Of a stretch of DNA of 64,000 bases, positions 1 through 9,691 are shown one piece after another. This DNA comes from Candidatus Multivoradales bacterium (GTDB lineage Bacteria; Acidobacteriota; Thermoanaerobaculia; Multivoradales; J023), in the NCBI GenBank assembly GCA_965248925.1, contig CBDFLE010000006.1, positions 1,696,001 to 1,760,000 on the forward strand, in the 5' to 3' direction. Every line of letters starts with the position of its first letter. The stretch's first letter is position 1. Under the pieces are notes generated by a model. The model was not told the origin of the DNA, searched no databases, and saw nothing but the letters and a program-made list of their open reading frames with translations. The position numbers and the translations under genes are program-made.

Positions 1-1253
1 CTACCCGCCGCGACGTACTCGGGGCCTACGGTGGAGCGCCGGGCCTGACCCCGGCCTTGGACGCCCTGGCCGCCGAGGCGACGGTCTTCGAGCGCGCCTA
101 TGCCCCCTCCTCCTGGACCCTGCCCTCGCACGCTTCGATCTTCACCGGCCTCTACCCCTCGCGCCACGGTGCTGGGGTCGCTGGCGATCATCTCGAAGGA
201 CGCTTCACCACCGTCGCCGAGCTGCTGCGGCAGCGGGGCTATCTGACCGCCGGATTCGCAGGCGGCTTGCTTTCCTCCTACCGCTTCGGCGTTGCCCAAG
301 GGTTCTCCCTATTCCGCGACCCGACCGGTTTCGAGTCCTCGGCCGACGAGATCAACAGCCATGCCCGCAGCCTGTTGGCCGACAGCGGTGAGCAGCCCTT
401 GTTCTTGTTCATCAACTACTTCGACCCCCACTTCCCTTACGCCGCCCCGAAGGGATTCCGCGCCGCCCAGCAAGTCGATCAGAAGATCGCCAGCGTCCAA
501 GGTCCCGAGCTGTGGCTTGCAGCCCTGGCCGGCTCCAGCGAAGCCTGGTTGCGAGTCACCGCCGGTGAGGTCGCCCACAGCGCCGAGGCCCTCGACGCCT
601 TGGGCGCCGCCTACCGCGCCGAAATCGCCTTCACCGACCAACAGCTCGGCAAGCTCTTCGACGACCTGCGGCGCAACAATCGTTGGCAAGACAGCCTGAT
701 CATCGTCACCGCCGACCACGGCGAATTGTTGGGGGAAGGAGGGCACGTCTCCCACGCTGCCCGTCTCGATCCTGAGTTGGTCGAGGTGCCGCTGATTATC
801 AAATGGCCCGGCCAGCAGCACGGCACTCGGCGCGACCAACTAGTCTCTCTGGTCGACCTCTTCCCCACCCTGCTACGCGCCGCCGGAATCGAGCTACCCG
901 AGAACATCGACGGCCTGCCCCTACAAGCCGCAAAAGCCCTCGAAAAGCGCTCCGCCGTGTGGATGGAAGAGCACGACAGCGACTTCCACCGCTTGCCCGA
1001 GCGCATGCGCCACGGCGCCGACGCCTACGGCCGCCAAGAAAAAGCCTTCCGCCAAATCGCCTGGGAAGACGGCACCCTCTGCGCCCGCGGCGGCACCGGC
1101 GCCTGGCGCCCCACCCCCTGCCCGCCCACGGACCCCGAGGGTCGCCAGCTCTTCGACCAGGCCGGCGCCGACGCCTGGCGCGCCCAGGCCACCCGCATCG
1201 GCCTCAGCGATGAAGAACGCAGCAAGCTGCGGGCGTTGGGTTATTTGCAGTAG
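1..1253 (+). CDS. Sulfatase-like hydrolase (alkaline phosphatase superfamily), 5' end outside the window
   Basis: Motifs SWTLPSHASIFTG, NYFDPH, ADHGE and C-terminal LRALGYL. Near-identical to 15836-17088. Confidence 0.85.
   Translation, partial: TRRDVLGAYGGAPGLTPALDALAAEATVFERAYAPSSWTLPSHASIFTGLYPSRHGAGVAGDHLEGRFTTVAELLRQRGYLTAGFAGGLLSSYRFGVAQGFSLFRDPTGFESSADEINSHARSLLADSGEQPLFLFINYFDPHFPYAAPKGFRAAQQVDQKIASVQGPELWLAALAGSSEAWLRVTAGEVAHSAEALDALGAAYRAEIAFTDQQLGKLFDDLRRNNRWQDSLIIVTADHGELLGEGGHVSHAARLDPELVEVPLIIKWPGQQHGTRRDQLVSLVDLFPTLLRAAGIELPENIDGLPLQAAKALEKRSAVWMEEHDSDFHRLPERMRHGADAYGRQEKAFRQIAWEDGTLCARGGTGAWRPTPCPPTDPEGRQLFDQAGADAWRAQATRIGLSDEERSKLRALGYLQ
1..1253 (+). repeat. Direct repeat copy A (at least 1253 bp) of the sulfatase gene
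   Basis: Matches 15836-17088 at offset 15835; identity ends at the stop codon. Confidence 0.95.
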
Positions 1254-1604
1254 GGCAGTTCAGGAGCAACGGCACAAGAGCTACCGCCTACCTAGCTTTA
1301 GTTTCTGGCGTTGTTGAAGGAGAAAGAGCAAGGCCATCATTACCAGCGCCAAGTGATGGTGCCAAGCCTTCCAACTGCGGGCCTGGTAGTCGGCAATCCC
1401 ACCGCCAGACCATGTCTCGCATCACGTTCAGGTGCCCACTCCCGCTGCCACGCCGACTCCGGCCGTTGTGCCAACCAAACATCCACTCCCTTGCGCCTTT
1501 GCGGCACTCTAAACGCAGCCGTCGGGGCTAGGAGAGGAAGGCCAGCCCTTCTGATAAGATGGGTGACGTATCCGGAGAGCTTTCGAATTCAGGGGAGGAG
1601 CACT

Positions 1605-2261
1605 ATGGGACTCGACCGAGACCACGCCTTGCTCGCGGAGGCCTCGCAGACCAGCTTGGCGAAGACTCGGCGGGACCAGATTGAGGTCAACCGCAAACTC
1701 AAAATTTCTGGTACACATGGAAGACCACCTCTTCGAACTGGGCTTGAATGTCAAACAGTTGCGACTAGCCTGCGGCATCCACGATCCTTCGGTGACCACT
1801 GAATTTCGGCGCGAGTTGGTTCTGAGTCTGAAGGTCTACCTGGACGATCGGCGCATGGAGCCTGCCGCTTTCCTACTGCGTCGCTAAGATTTGCGGGTGC
1901 GCAAGATTGGCGAGCTATTGGGCTACTCCCGCCTGTCGACCTTTCATGCCACCTTCGAACGACGCTTCAGCGTGACGCCGCGGAAGTATCGCCGGCAAAA
2001 ACACCAGGAAGCCCCGCCGGTAGAGGAGCGGAACGATGAGCATCTCTCCCTCCCCTTCTGGCGCCGAGCACTGCTCGGCGAAGCGGACCCGAAGAAGGTC
2101 GCACGCTTGCATCGGGTTCTACAAGAACGCTGCCCCGATATTTTCCTTTCAGCCAGCGACACCGAGTCGCCCGCCTATAGTCGTCCCTGGAAGGTGGTGG
2201 TGGATGGGCGTGAGTTTGAGCGCATCAAGGCCGACTAGACCTGGCGTCAGCTCCAAGACTT
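1605..2261 (+). pseudogene. AraC-family HTH regulator pseudogene truncated by IS3
   Basis: GGAGGAG before ATG 1605. Frameshift near 1700, in-frame TAA at 1885-1887 splitting the AraC motif (LLRR*DLRVRKIGELLGYSRLSTFHATFERRFSVTPRKYR), TAG at 2236-2238, then the IS end. Confidence 0.75.
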
Positions 2262-3085
2262 GACCCCTCCGTGCCAATGTAAGTGAGACACTCAAGTAAC
2301 GAGAAATTAGTGAGGGCGTGGAGAGCAAACACCATGGCGAGTCCAAGCCACGAGCTGCGAGATATGAGCGCTGACCGACCAGATCCCGAGGTAACTGAGA
2401 AGGCGAAGCGGCGGCGGTACAGCGCTTCGTACAAGCTGGGCATCGTCCAGGCCGCCGACGCCTGTAGCAAGCCCGGCGAGATTGGCGCCCTGCTTCGCCG
2501 GGAGGGTCTGTATTCCTCACTCCTATCGAAGTGGCGTCAGCAACGCGATGCCAGTGCTCTGGCCGGTTTGTCGAAGAAGCGCGGTCGCAAGCATCGACCG
2601 AAATCTGCTGAGGCCCGCCGCGTCGCGGAGCTGGAGCGTGAGAATGCTCGGCTCAAGCATCAGCTGTACAAAGCCGAGACGATGTATCGAGTCCTGGAGT
2701 CTGAGGGCGAGCTGCGCGAGCGACGCCGTCAGCGGCGCCATCCCAACTACACCAAGCCCGAGCTGTTGGCCACCGGGCCGAACGAGGTGTGGTCGTGGGA
2801 TATCAGCAAGCTCAAAGGCCCGGTGAAGTGGACCTATTACTATCTTCACCTGATCCTGGATGTCTTCAGCCGCTACATCGTCGGCTGGATGCTCGCCGAC
2901 AGTGTTGAGAGGCAAGGTGTTGAGCGAGATCGACTTACCTTGCACTCGGACCGCGGTTCGAGCATGACATCCAAGCCAGTGGCCCTACTACTGGCCGATC
3001 TCGGGATGACACGGTCGCTGAACCGGCCCTACACGAGCAACGACAATCCGTTCTCTGAGGCCCAGTTCAAGACGCTCAAGTACCC
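2262..3085 (+). mobile_element. Internally deleted, right-truncated IS3-family element
   Basis: Left end and sequence closely match 13668-14866, with 338 bp and 39 bp deletions. ORF 2283-3095 is an OrfA-OrfB fusion. Confidence 0.9.
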
Positions 3086-3128
3086 ACGAGCCTAAGCCAT
3101 CGGCGTTACCACCTCGAACTATCGACTG

Positions 3129-5528
3129 ATGTTGAACGATCTCTTGGTCGCCGCACGGCGGCTCCGCCACCGTCCGCGGTTTTGCTTTGCAGTCGTTTCC
3201 ATGCTCGCCCTGGTGATCGCCCTCGGTACGCTGGTGGTCGCCTGGGCCAGAGGCATGATTCTCGCGCCGCTGAACTTCGACGATCCCGGACGGCTCGTGC
3301 GCGTCTTTGGCACCGAACGCAACACGGATCGATCACGGTTGCGGTTGTCCCAAGCAACTATCATGGCCATTCGCGATGACGCTGGCGCTTTTGTGGTGTC
3401 GGGCTCCGCCCGCAACATGGGTCTGGCAATTACCGAGCTGGATCGTCCGACCAATCCGCTGATGCGAGAGGTTTCCAGGGGTTGGTTCGAAACCCTGGGC
3501 GTGCGAACCCTTCTCGGTCGCACGTTCGACGATGCTGATCACTTCCAGTGTAAGCGGGTGGTGGTTCTCAAACACAGCTTCTGGCGTAGCTACTACGGCG
3601 GCGATCCTCAGGTAATCGGTAAGAGCATCGAGCTCGCCGAAGACCCCTATGTGATCATCGGCGTTCTCGGGCCGGAATTCCGGAACCCCATCTTCCCGCT
3701 CTTGCCTGCGCTTTGGCTTCCCCTTTCTGAAGCTGGTCCCCATCCAGAAGCCCCTGAGAACTTCGTCTTCATCGGAAGGATGGGCAGGGACACCAATCTG
3801 GCCACCGCCAGCCACGCGCTCAGCCGGCTGGCTACCAATCTCGAGAACCGGTATCCCCAAAGTCATGCCGGACGGAGCCTCGAGGCGATCCCCTTGGAGG
3901 AGTCTGTGGTTGAGGCCTTCCGCCCGGCACTGGCACCCTTGCTGGGAGCTTCCCTGTTGATCCTCTTGATCGCCTTCAGCAACGTGGGTAACCTGTGGAT
4001 GACCCGCGCCACGGATCTCCGCCAGGAAGCTGCGGTCCGCTTTGCGCTGGGTGCCCAGCGCTTCCGCCTCTTGCGGATGGCCCTGGCCGAATCCCTGCTG
4101 CTTTGCACCCTGTCGGCAGCCATCGGCCTCGGGGTTGCAGCCGTTGCGCTCGAGCCTTTGAAACGCCTGGCTCCTCTCAGCCAGACCGTGCCCTTGCTCG
4201 ACCAGGTTCGACTGGATGCACTCTCGATCGGTACCGGCCTTGCCATCGCGGCCACCGGTGCGATTCTCCTTGCCCTGCTAGCCCTAGGCGCCCTTTCTGA
4301 CCGGCAGGAAGGCCTTGGCGGCCGGTCTCATCGCCAGTTGCAAAGCACGCGAGGCTTCGCCCAAGGCTGTCTCGTGGTTTCCGAGATTGCGCTCTCCATG
4401 ATCCTGATCTTCGCCGCCGGCCTGACCATACAGGCACTCGCGGATCTGCGCCGATTGGACCTCGGTTTCGAACCGATCTCGGCAATTGGCGGGCGTACCG
4501 GCGCACGCGGACCGAAATTCGAGGACGCCGAAGGGATTGCCAGGTTTCACCAGCGGATTCTCGAAACACTCGTCGGCCTGCCCGGGGTGAGCGCGGCGGG
4601 ATCGTGCGAGATCCTTCCGATGTTTGCCAAGGGCTTCGGTACCGCCACTCGCCTCGGCACAGGACGGTCGGACGGGCCCCGCGAGACCTGGCCCGCAGCG
4701 TCAACCCTACGGGCCACGCCAGGATTCTTCGCGGCATTCGGAACCGGGCTCGTACGAGGTCGCGGTTTCCAACGGACCGACGTCGCCGGCGGGCAGCAGG
4801 TCGCGATCCTCACCCGGTCCCTGGCGCGAGTCCTTTGGGGGGATTCGGATCCCCTCGGGCAAAGCGTGATCGCAGACCAAGGTGGTCAACGCAAGTCGCT
4901 AACAGTGGTGGGTATCGTCGACGATCAGCGGGGCCTGCCGGAAGACCCGATCCCGCAGCCTTTGCTCTTCGTGCCGCACGCCCAGGATCCGACCACCTAC
5001 ATGTCGTTCGTTTTACGGGTCGATGGCCCATTCCCCAGCATCGCTGCGATCGAAGACGTGATCTGGACCGTCAGCGCTGAAGCCCCCGTATACAGCGTTG
5101 CGACGCTATCGCAGCTGCTTCGAGATCTGGAATGGCGACCGCGGATGCTGACCCAGATGCTGGCGGTAGTCGGACTTCTCGCGCTGATCCTGGCCATGAC
5201 CGGGGTTGCTTCTGTGCTGGCGTACCAAGTCGCCGAATCGAGAGCCGAAATCGCTGTTCGAATGGCGATCGGCGCCAATCGCGCCCAGGTTCTACTCGCT
5301 GTCTTGACACGAATCACACACCTAGTGACCCTAGGGCTTATCCTGGGAATCTTCGCTGCGGTCGCGGGGGGGCGTTTTCTCGCCAGCTGCCTTCACGGCG
5401 TCCCATCCTTCGACTGGCGGATCTTTCTGGCCTCCGGGGCTCTGCTGACCGTGACCGCGATGATATCCGGTTTAATCCCCGCCCGCCGAGCGACCTTGAT
5501 CGATCCCGCAAGAGCGCTCAGGCGCTAG
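3129..5528 (+). CDS. Duplicated MacB/FtsX ABC permease (ADOP-type orphan permease)
   Basis: 799 aa with two MacB-PCD/FtsX halves (EAAVRFALGA, EIAVRMAIGA) and C-terminal PARRATLIDPARALR. No ATPase gene nearby. Confidence 0.9.
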   Translation: MLNDLLVAARRLRHRPRFCFAVVSMLALVIALGTLVVAWARGMILAPLNFDDPGRLVRVFGTERNTDRSRLRLSQATIMAIRDDAGAFVVSGSARNMGLAITELDRPTNPLMREVSRGWFETLGVRTLLGRTFDDADHFQCKRVVVLKHSFWRSYYGGDPQVIGKSIELAEDPYVIIGVLGPEFRNPIFPLLPALWLPLSEAGPHPEAPENFVFIGRMGRDTNLATASHALSRLATNLENRYPQSHAGRSLEAIPLEESVVEAFRPALAPLLGASLLILLIAFSNVGNLWMTRATDLRQEAAVRFALGAQRFRLLRMALAESLLLCTLSAAIGLGVAAVALEPLKRLAPLSQTVPLLDQVRLDALSIGTGLAIAATGAILLALLALGALSDRQEGLGGRSHRQLQSTRGFAQGCLVVSEIALSMILIFAAGLTIQALADLRRLDLGFEPISAIGGRTGARGPKFEDAEGIARFHQRILETLVGLPGVSAAGSCEILPMFAKGFGTATRLGTGRSDGPRETWPAASTLRATPGFFAAFGTGLVRGRGFQRTDVAGGQQVAILTRSLARVLWGDSDPLGQSVIADQGGQRKSLTVVGIVDDQRGLPEDPIPQPLLFVPHAQDPTTYMSFVLRVDGPFPSIAAIEDVIWTVSAEAPVYSVATLSQLLRDLEWRPRMLTQMLAVVGLLALILAMTGVASVLAYQVAESRAEIAVRMAIGANRAQVLLAVLTRITHLVTLGLILGIFAAVAGGRFLASCLHGVPSFDWRIFLASGALLTVTAMISGLIPARRATLIDPARALRR

Positions 5529-5543
5529 CTATAGCTAGCTCAT

Positions 5544-5975
5544 TCACTCGTCCCAGCCGAAAGTCTGAAACCAATCCCCACCCTCGAGAAAGCTGATCGA
5601 GCGAGCAACGTAAGGCACCGTCGGTCGTGGCAGGTCATCGAACGGCGCCCATCGAAGATCGTCGCACTTGTGGGGCTCACAATTCGAAATCACCCCGCTC
5701 CAGCGATCGATAGAGGCGAAGAAGTCAATGCGCTCCTCGCCGTATAGTCGATGCATGACTCCGACCATTTGCAGATCCTTCTCTTGGATCTCAACACCGA
5801 CCTCCTCTCGCGATTCGCGGACAGCTGCCGCCAAGACCGTCTCCCCGCCATCGATATGGCCGGCGACCACGGAATACTTCCCGTCCTCGAAGCCGGTGTT
5901 GTACCGGCGGAGCATCAGTACCTCTCGATCTCGGACAAAGAAGATGTGAATCGCCACTGGCACCTGGAATCGCAT
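5544..5975 (-). CDS. NUDIX hydrolase (MutT-like)
   Basis: Complete Nudix box GHIDGGETVLAAAVRESREEVGV; EPHKC motif. Confidence 0.92.
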   Translation of the reverse strand: MRFQVPVAIHIFFVRDREVLMLRRYNTGFEDGKYSVVAGHIDGGETVLAAAVRESREEVGVEIQEKDLQMVGVMHRLYGEERIDFFASIDRWSGVISNCEPHKCDDLRWAPFDDLPRPTVPYVARSISFLEGGDWFQTFGWDE

Positions 5976-6069
5976 GTTCGCTACCCGTCGCTACTTGAGA
6001 AAATGGTTCGCATTGTGAATTCCCTTACGAAGGCATCGTTTTGCAACTCGCCGGCGCGCTGACGCCGCT

Positions 6070-8334
6070 TCAACCCGCTGCTGCCTCAGTCGGACCATTG
6101 ATCAGCTCCCACACACTAGAGCGCTCATTCCACCGGTCGAGTGCCCGGGCGAGTTGCCGATCCTTGCTGTCGCGGAGCTTGCCTGTCGCCAATCGATGGC
6201 TCAAGACTTGGTTCTCCTCGCACACCCAATCTTCGAAGAACGAAAGGCAGGCGAACAACGTACTGATTCGGCGGGAACTGGAGCGGTTCGGCCCCCGGCT
6301 CCGCAGGCGCTCGAGCTCCAAACTGAGCCCTCTTTCGACGGATCCCGTAGGCTGCGCCTCGACCGAGGTAGATACATCTAAAACGAAGATGATGGCCTTG
6401 ATCAGCTCCAAGCTGATCTTCCGATAGGCAACCATCCAGGAGAGGAGATCGCGCCGCTCAGCATCGCTAGCAACCTTGTAGAGGCTCTTAGTTGTGTAGG
6501 CAAGTCCAAAATTCCGATCGATCCAACGTTGGGAGAATTCGCTGATATCCCCGATTCGTTCATCGAGGTACCTGACCCGTTGTCGGCCCATGTTGACGTC
6601 CGGAACCCCGTCATCCAGGAACAAGCGCAGTCCGTACTTTCGTTCCGCACCTTCCACCATCCTCGCGTAGGGACTGTCAATCAGCACCTCCAGGCTCGCC
6701 AGCATGTATGAGACGCTCGAATGAATCGGCTTGTCCGCTTTGTTCTCTTCGACAAAGTCCCGGTCCCGGCAAAGCTTGTCGAAGAGATCGGCATAGCCGA
6801 TCTCTTCGACATCCAAAGGTTTCATGAAAGCATCTGTGCGCTCGAGAAAACGAATGTTCTCTCTCAGGTCCTCGAAGCTCGCCATCAGCGGGTCGAAGGT
6901 GATGAATCCAAAGCGGAGCGGAATCCCCAGCGCGCTGAGAATGCGAATGGCGCGCACGCTGTCCTCCGGCTTGATCCCCTTCCCCAATCGGCGCAGCTGC
7001 GACTCACTGCCCGATTCCAGACCCATGAAGAGTCGATCGAGCCCGGCCTGCCTGCTCAGATGCCACATTTCCACACGGCCGAGGTGCCATTGAGTGTCCA
7101 TCCGGGGGGAGAAGACTTGATCGACTCTTGCCGCAGCGTCGAACTTCATCCCCATCTCCGCCGCCAGAAGCCCACGGGCCATTCCTGTGATGCGGGCGGT
7201 TTCGCGACCGCCGTCGATTCCGCCGACAAACTCCTCGTCAGCCAAGAAGACATGCTTGCGAACACCGAAGTGTTCTGCTGCACGCTTCAGGAGCGCGAAT
7301 TGCGAGACGATCTGATCGGGGGCGAATGTCTTCCAGTCCGCGGCCTTGTGGTGACGCGGGCAGAAAGTGCACTTGTTCCACTGGCAACCTCGGCTCAGCT
7401 CGAGGGTCAGGGCGCCCCGTTGGTCGGCGATCGCGGGCAGAGTATCCAGGGCCGGGAGCGGAATCGTCGACACGTCGACGGGCCGCTGGGGATTTCGCCG
7501 CGTCTCCCTGCTCGAGCCAGAGCGATAGGCCAGTCCTGGAATCTCGGAGCGTTGACAACGGCCTTGCAGCGAATCGACGAGCAGGGCGATCGAATGCTCA
7601 CCTTCACCGGTGGCGACCACGAGATTGTCGTAGCGATCGAGGAACAGATCGGGCCAGGAAGCCGGAATGATATTGCCCAACACAAAGGTGGTACCCCGGA
7701 GAGAGTCATCGACGTGCCTATAGAGATCCTGGAGAATTGTCTCGGCGATGCTTTTCTGCCCGTACGAAATCGATATCCCGATCAAGTCGGGTCGGAGCTG
7801 AACCGCTGTGTCGGTAATTTCATCTACAGTCGTGCCCACCTGCATGTCGCAGATGCGCACGTCAGCTTTCTGCAAGAGACGCAAGTGGCTGGCCAGCAAG
7901 CCGATGCTGAGGCAGAGCCTCGGAATCGGAAAATTCTCCAGGACACACGGATTGACCAGGAGCACCTTTGGCAGCTGCAGCCGGTCGACCAAGGCTTGAC
8001 TCCGCGGTATCAATGCCACGCCCACGAGATCTGGAACCGGCGACGGGCTGATCCCCAGCTCGCTCAGTAGCGGATTCGATTCGATCGTCGTCCCGGGACA
8101 AATTAGCAGGATGCCGTCGGACCCGAGCAGGTAGAAGCTCAGGTTGGACGTTTCGCCCGAGACAACCAGGTTAACCCGCTCGGGGCCGCCGGTCTCTTCC
8201 AGAACGGACGCGAGGCGCCGGACCATTTCATGAGGAGGCTGCCAGAATTCCTGCACGATCTCTTCGACCATCAAACGCAGACGCGGGCCGGCCAGCGCCT
8301 CGACGCGGCCATCTCGTCTCTTGATTTCGAACAT
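6070..8334 (-). CDS. oxsB: Cobalamin-dependent radical SAM enzyme, OxsB/AlsB-type oxetane ring-contraction homolog
   Basis: Cx4Cx2C motif SRGCQWNKCTFCPRHHK. Blocks ENFPIPRL, DMQVGTT, ADEEF, FLERTDAFMKP, VSYMLAS, NMGR, WIDRNFG and C-terminal WELIN are colinear with B. megaterium OxsB as I recall it. GGAGGT precedes ATG 8334 (alternative start 8385). Confidence 0.85.
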   Translation of the reverse strand: MFEIKRRDGRVEALAGPRLRLMVEEIVQEFWQPPHEMVRRLASVLEETGGPERVNLVVSGETSNLSFYLLGSDGILLICPGTTIESNPLLSELGISPSPVPDLVGVALIPRSQALVDRLQLPKVLLVNPCVLENFPIPRLCLSIGLLASHLRLLQKADVRICDMQVGTTVDEITDTAVQLRPDLIGISISYGQKSIAETILQDLYRHVDDSLRGTTFVLGNIIPASWPDLFLDRYDNLVVATGEGEHSIALLVDSLQGRCQRSEIPGLAYRSGSSRETRRNPQRPVDVSTIPLPALDTLPAIADQRGALTLELSRGCQWNKCTFCPRHHKAADWKTFAPDQIVSQFALLKRAAEHFGVRKHVFLADEEFVGGIDGGRETARITGMARGLLAAEMGMKFDAAARVDQVFSPRMDTQWHLGRVEMWHLSRQAGLDRLFMGLESGSESQLRRLGKGIKPEDSVRAIRILSALGIPLRFGFITFDPLMASFEDLRENIRFLERTDAFMKPLDVEEIGYADLFDKLCRDRDFVEENKADKPIHSSVSYMLASLEVLIDSPYARMVEGAERKYGLRLFLDDGVPDVNMGRQRVRYLDERIGDISEFSQRWIDRNFGLAYTTKSLYKVASDAERRDLLSWMVAYRKISLELIKAIIFVLDVSTSVEAQPTGSVERGLSLELERLRSRGPNRSSSRRISTLFACLSFFEDWVCEENQVLSHRLATGKLRDSKDRQLARALDRWNERSSVWELINGPTEAAAG

Positions 8335-8417
8335 CGATGCACCTCCAGGGGACTCGATAGGCTTGGGTGTTTCACGGGTTGCCATGGGAAGGGCTCGGGG
8401 ACTGGAGGCCTAGTAAG

Positions 8418-9578
8418 TCAGTGGAACCAGCCATTAGCGGCTTCGGTATCGAGGGAGTTGCGGCCGCAATCCTGATAGAACGGAACAAAATCGTATTTCT
8501 GATACACCGCTTGGAGATGCTTTCCCATGGCCCGCAGGTCTTCGAGCGATGCCCGCGGGTGATCCGCCAGCCGGACACCCGGATCCGGATGAAAGACGTT
8601 GATCACCGGCGCGACACCCCGCTCGGCCACGTAGTCGAGGCCCTCGGCCAAGGAGTCGACCGGCTCGAGCCCGCCGACGAAAATCGTGTAGATATTGCCC
8701 GCGCCGAGAATCTCGGCCGCCCGCACTTGGGCTTCGATGGCTTTCTCGCGTCCATAGAGATCGTGCTTGCCCGGTGCGATGACCGGGAACAGCGACGGCG
8801 AGAAAACCTCGAGGTTCATCGCCACCTTGACCGGTAACCCCTTCAATTCCGCGAGCAGCTCCAGGTTGTCGGGGGGCATGGTGATCAAGTGCACCTCCAC
8901 CTCGTCTTGGCGGTCCAACTCGTTCACCACCTCTGCCACGCGCCGAACCGTTTCGAGATGGCGGCGGAAACCCATATCGTTGTTTCGGCGATTGCCACCA
9001 TTGAGCATGACCTGACGGATCAGGTCCGGGTCTTGCTCCAGCGCGATCCTCGTCATCTCCGCCGAGTCGTCCGCCTTGATATCCAGGAGATGATCCCCAT
9101 AGATCGACCGGGTCGGCTCGAGGGAACAAAAACCGCATTGTTTCCCTACTGAGAAGTAGTAACAAGTCCCGAGAGCGAAGATGCCCAACGAGCCGCCGCC
9201 GTAGAGCGTTCCAACTTCCCGACAAGGTGTACCGTCTGCGAATGAGGCTTCGTAGAATCTCGGTCGCTTCGGAAAGGTGATAGGAGTGATCGGCTCGCCG
9301 TGCTCCAGCAAGAAATACTCGAGACCGTCCGCCGCCAGCTGATAGGGCGAATTCTCGACAACGTGAATCGGAGCGATTACCTGCGGCAACAAGATCTCCT
9401 GCGGAATCCGCGCCTGAAAGTGCAAAGCGTCGCTGGCACCGTAGGCCCAGCGCTTTTCAATGAACTCGGGCCGGTAGGATTCGAGGAATCCCGGAGCGAA
9501 GCTAATACCGTTTGACAAGATACGTAGCTTGATATCGGTCAGCTCCGCTGGGGAAAGCTCGGTCGATAGGGTCGTCAT
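8418..9578 (-). CDS. Radical SAM protein, biotin synthase-related clade; positional equivalent of albucidin AlsA
   Basis: Cx8Cx2C motif CYYFSVGKQCGFC, NGG, MNLEVF, IAPGK, GGLEP and C-terminal CGRNSLD. AGGAG precedes ATG 9578; a second in-frame ATG at 9695 overlaps the upstream stop. Confidence 0.8.
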   Translation of the reverse strand: MTTLSTELSPAELTDIKLRILSNGISFAPGFLESYRPEFIEKRWAYGASDALHFQARIPQEILLPQVIAPIHVVENSPYQLAADGLEYFLLEHGEPITPITFPKRPRFYEASFADGTPCREVGTLYGGGSLGIFALGTCYYFSVGKQCGFCSLEPTRSIYGDHLLDIKADDSAEMTRIALEQDPDLIRQVMLNGGNRRNNDMGFRRHLETVRRVAEVVNELDRQDEVEVHLITMPPDNLELLAELKGLPVKVAMNLEVFSPSLFPVIAPGKHDLYGREKAIEAQVRAAEILGAGNIYTIFVGGLEPVDSLAEGLDYVAERGVAPVINVFHPDPGVRLADHPRASLEDLRAMGKHLQAVYQKYDFVPFYQDCGRNSLDTEAANGWFH

Positions 9579-9691
9579 TCCATCTCCTACTTCAACTGGT
9601 TCGTTGCGTTCGTCCGAGGAGCCGTGTTGGTCGAATCGGCCACATCTGGCGGTCAGTAACAGCACCCCGCTGGTTTCGGTAAACAGCGTCG

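Noticed and set aside
6721-8070. 449 aa plus-strand ORF and similar long antisense ORFs (for example 36281-37651)
   Set aside because: Shadow frames of real genes in GC-rich DNA, with no recognisable motifs.
8418-9578. NikJ/PolH-type octosyl acid (nikkomycin/polyoxin) pathway
   Set aside because: No enolpyruvyl transferase (NikO-like) gene is present, and adjacency to an OxsB homolog fits the albucidin arrangement better. Orthology was not tested.
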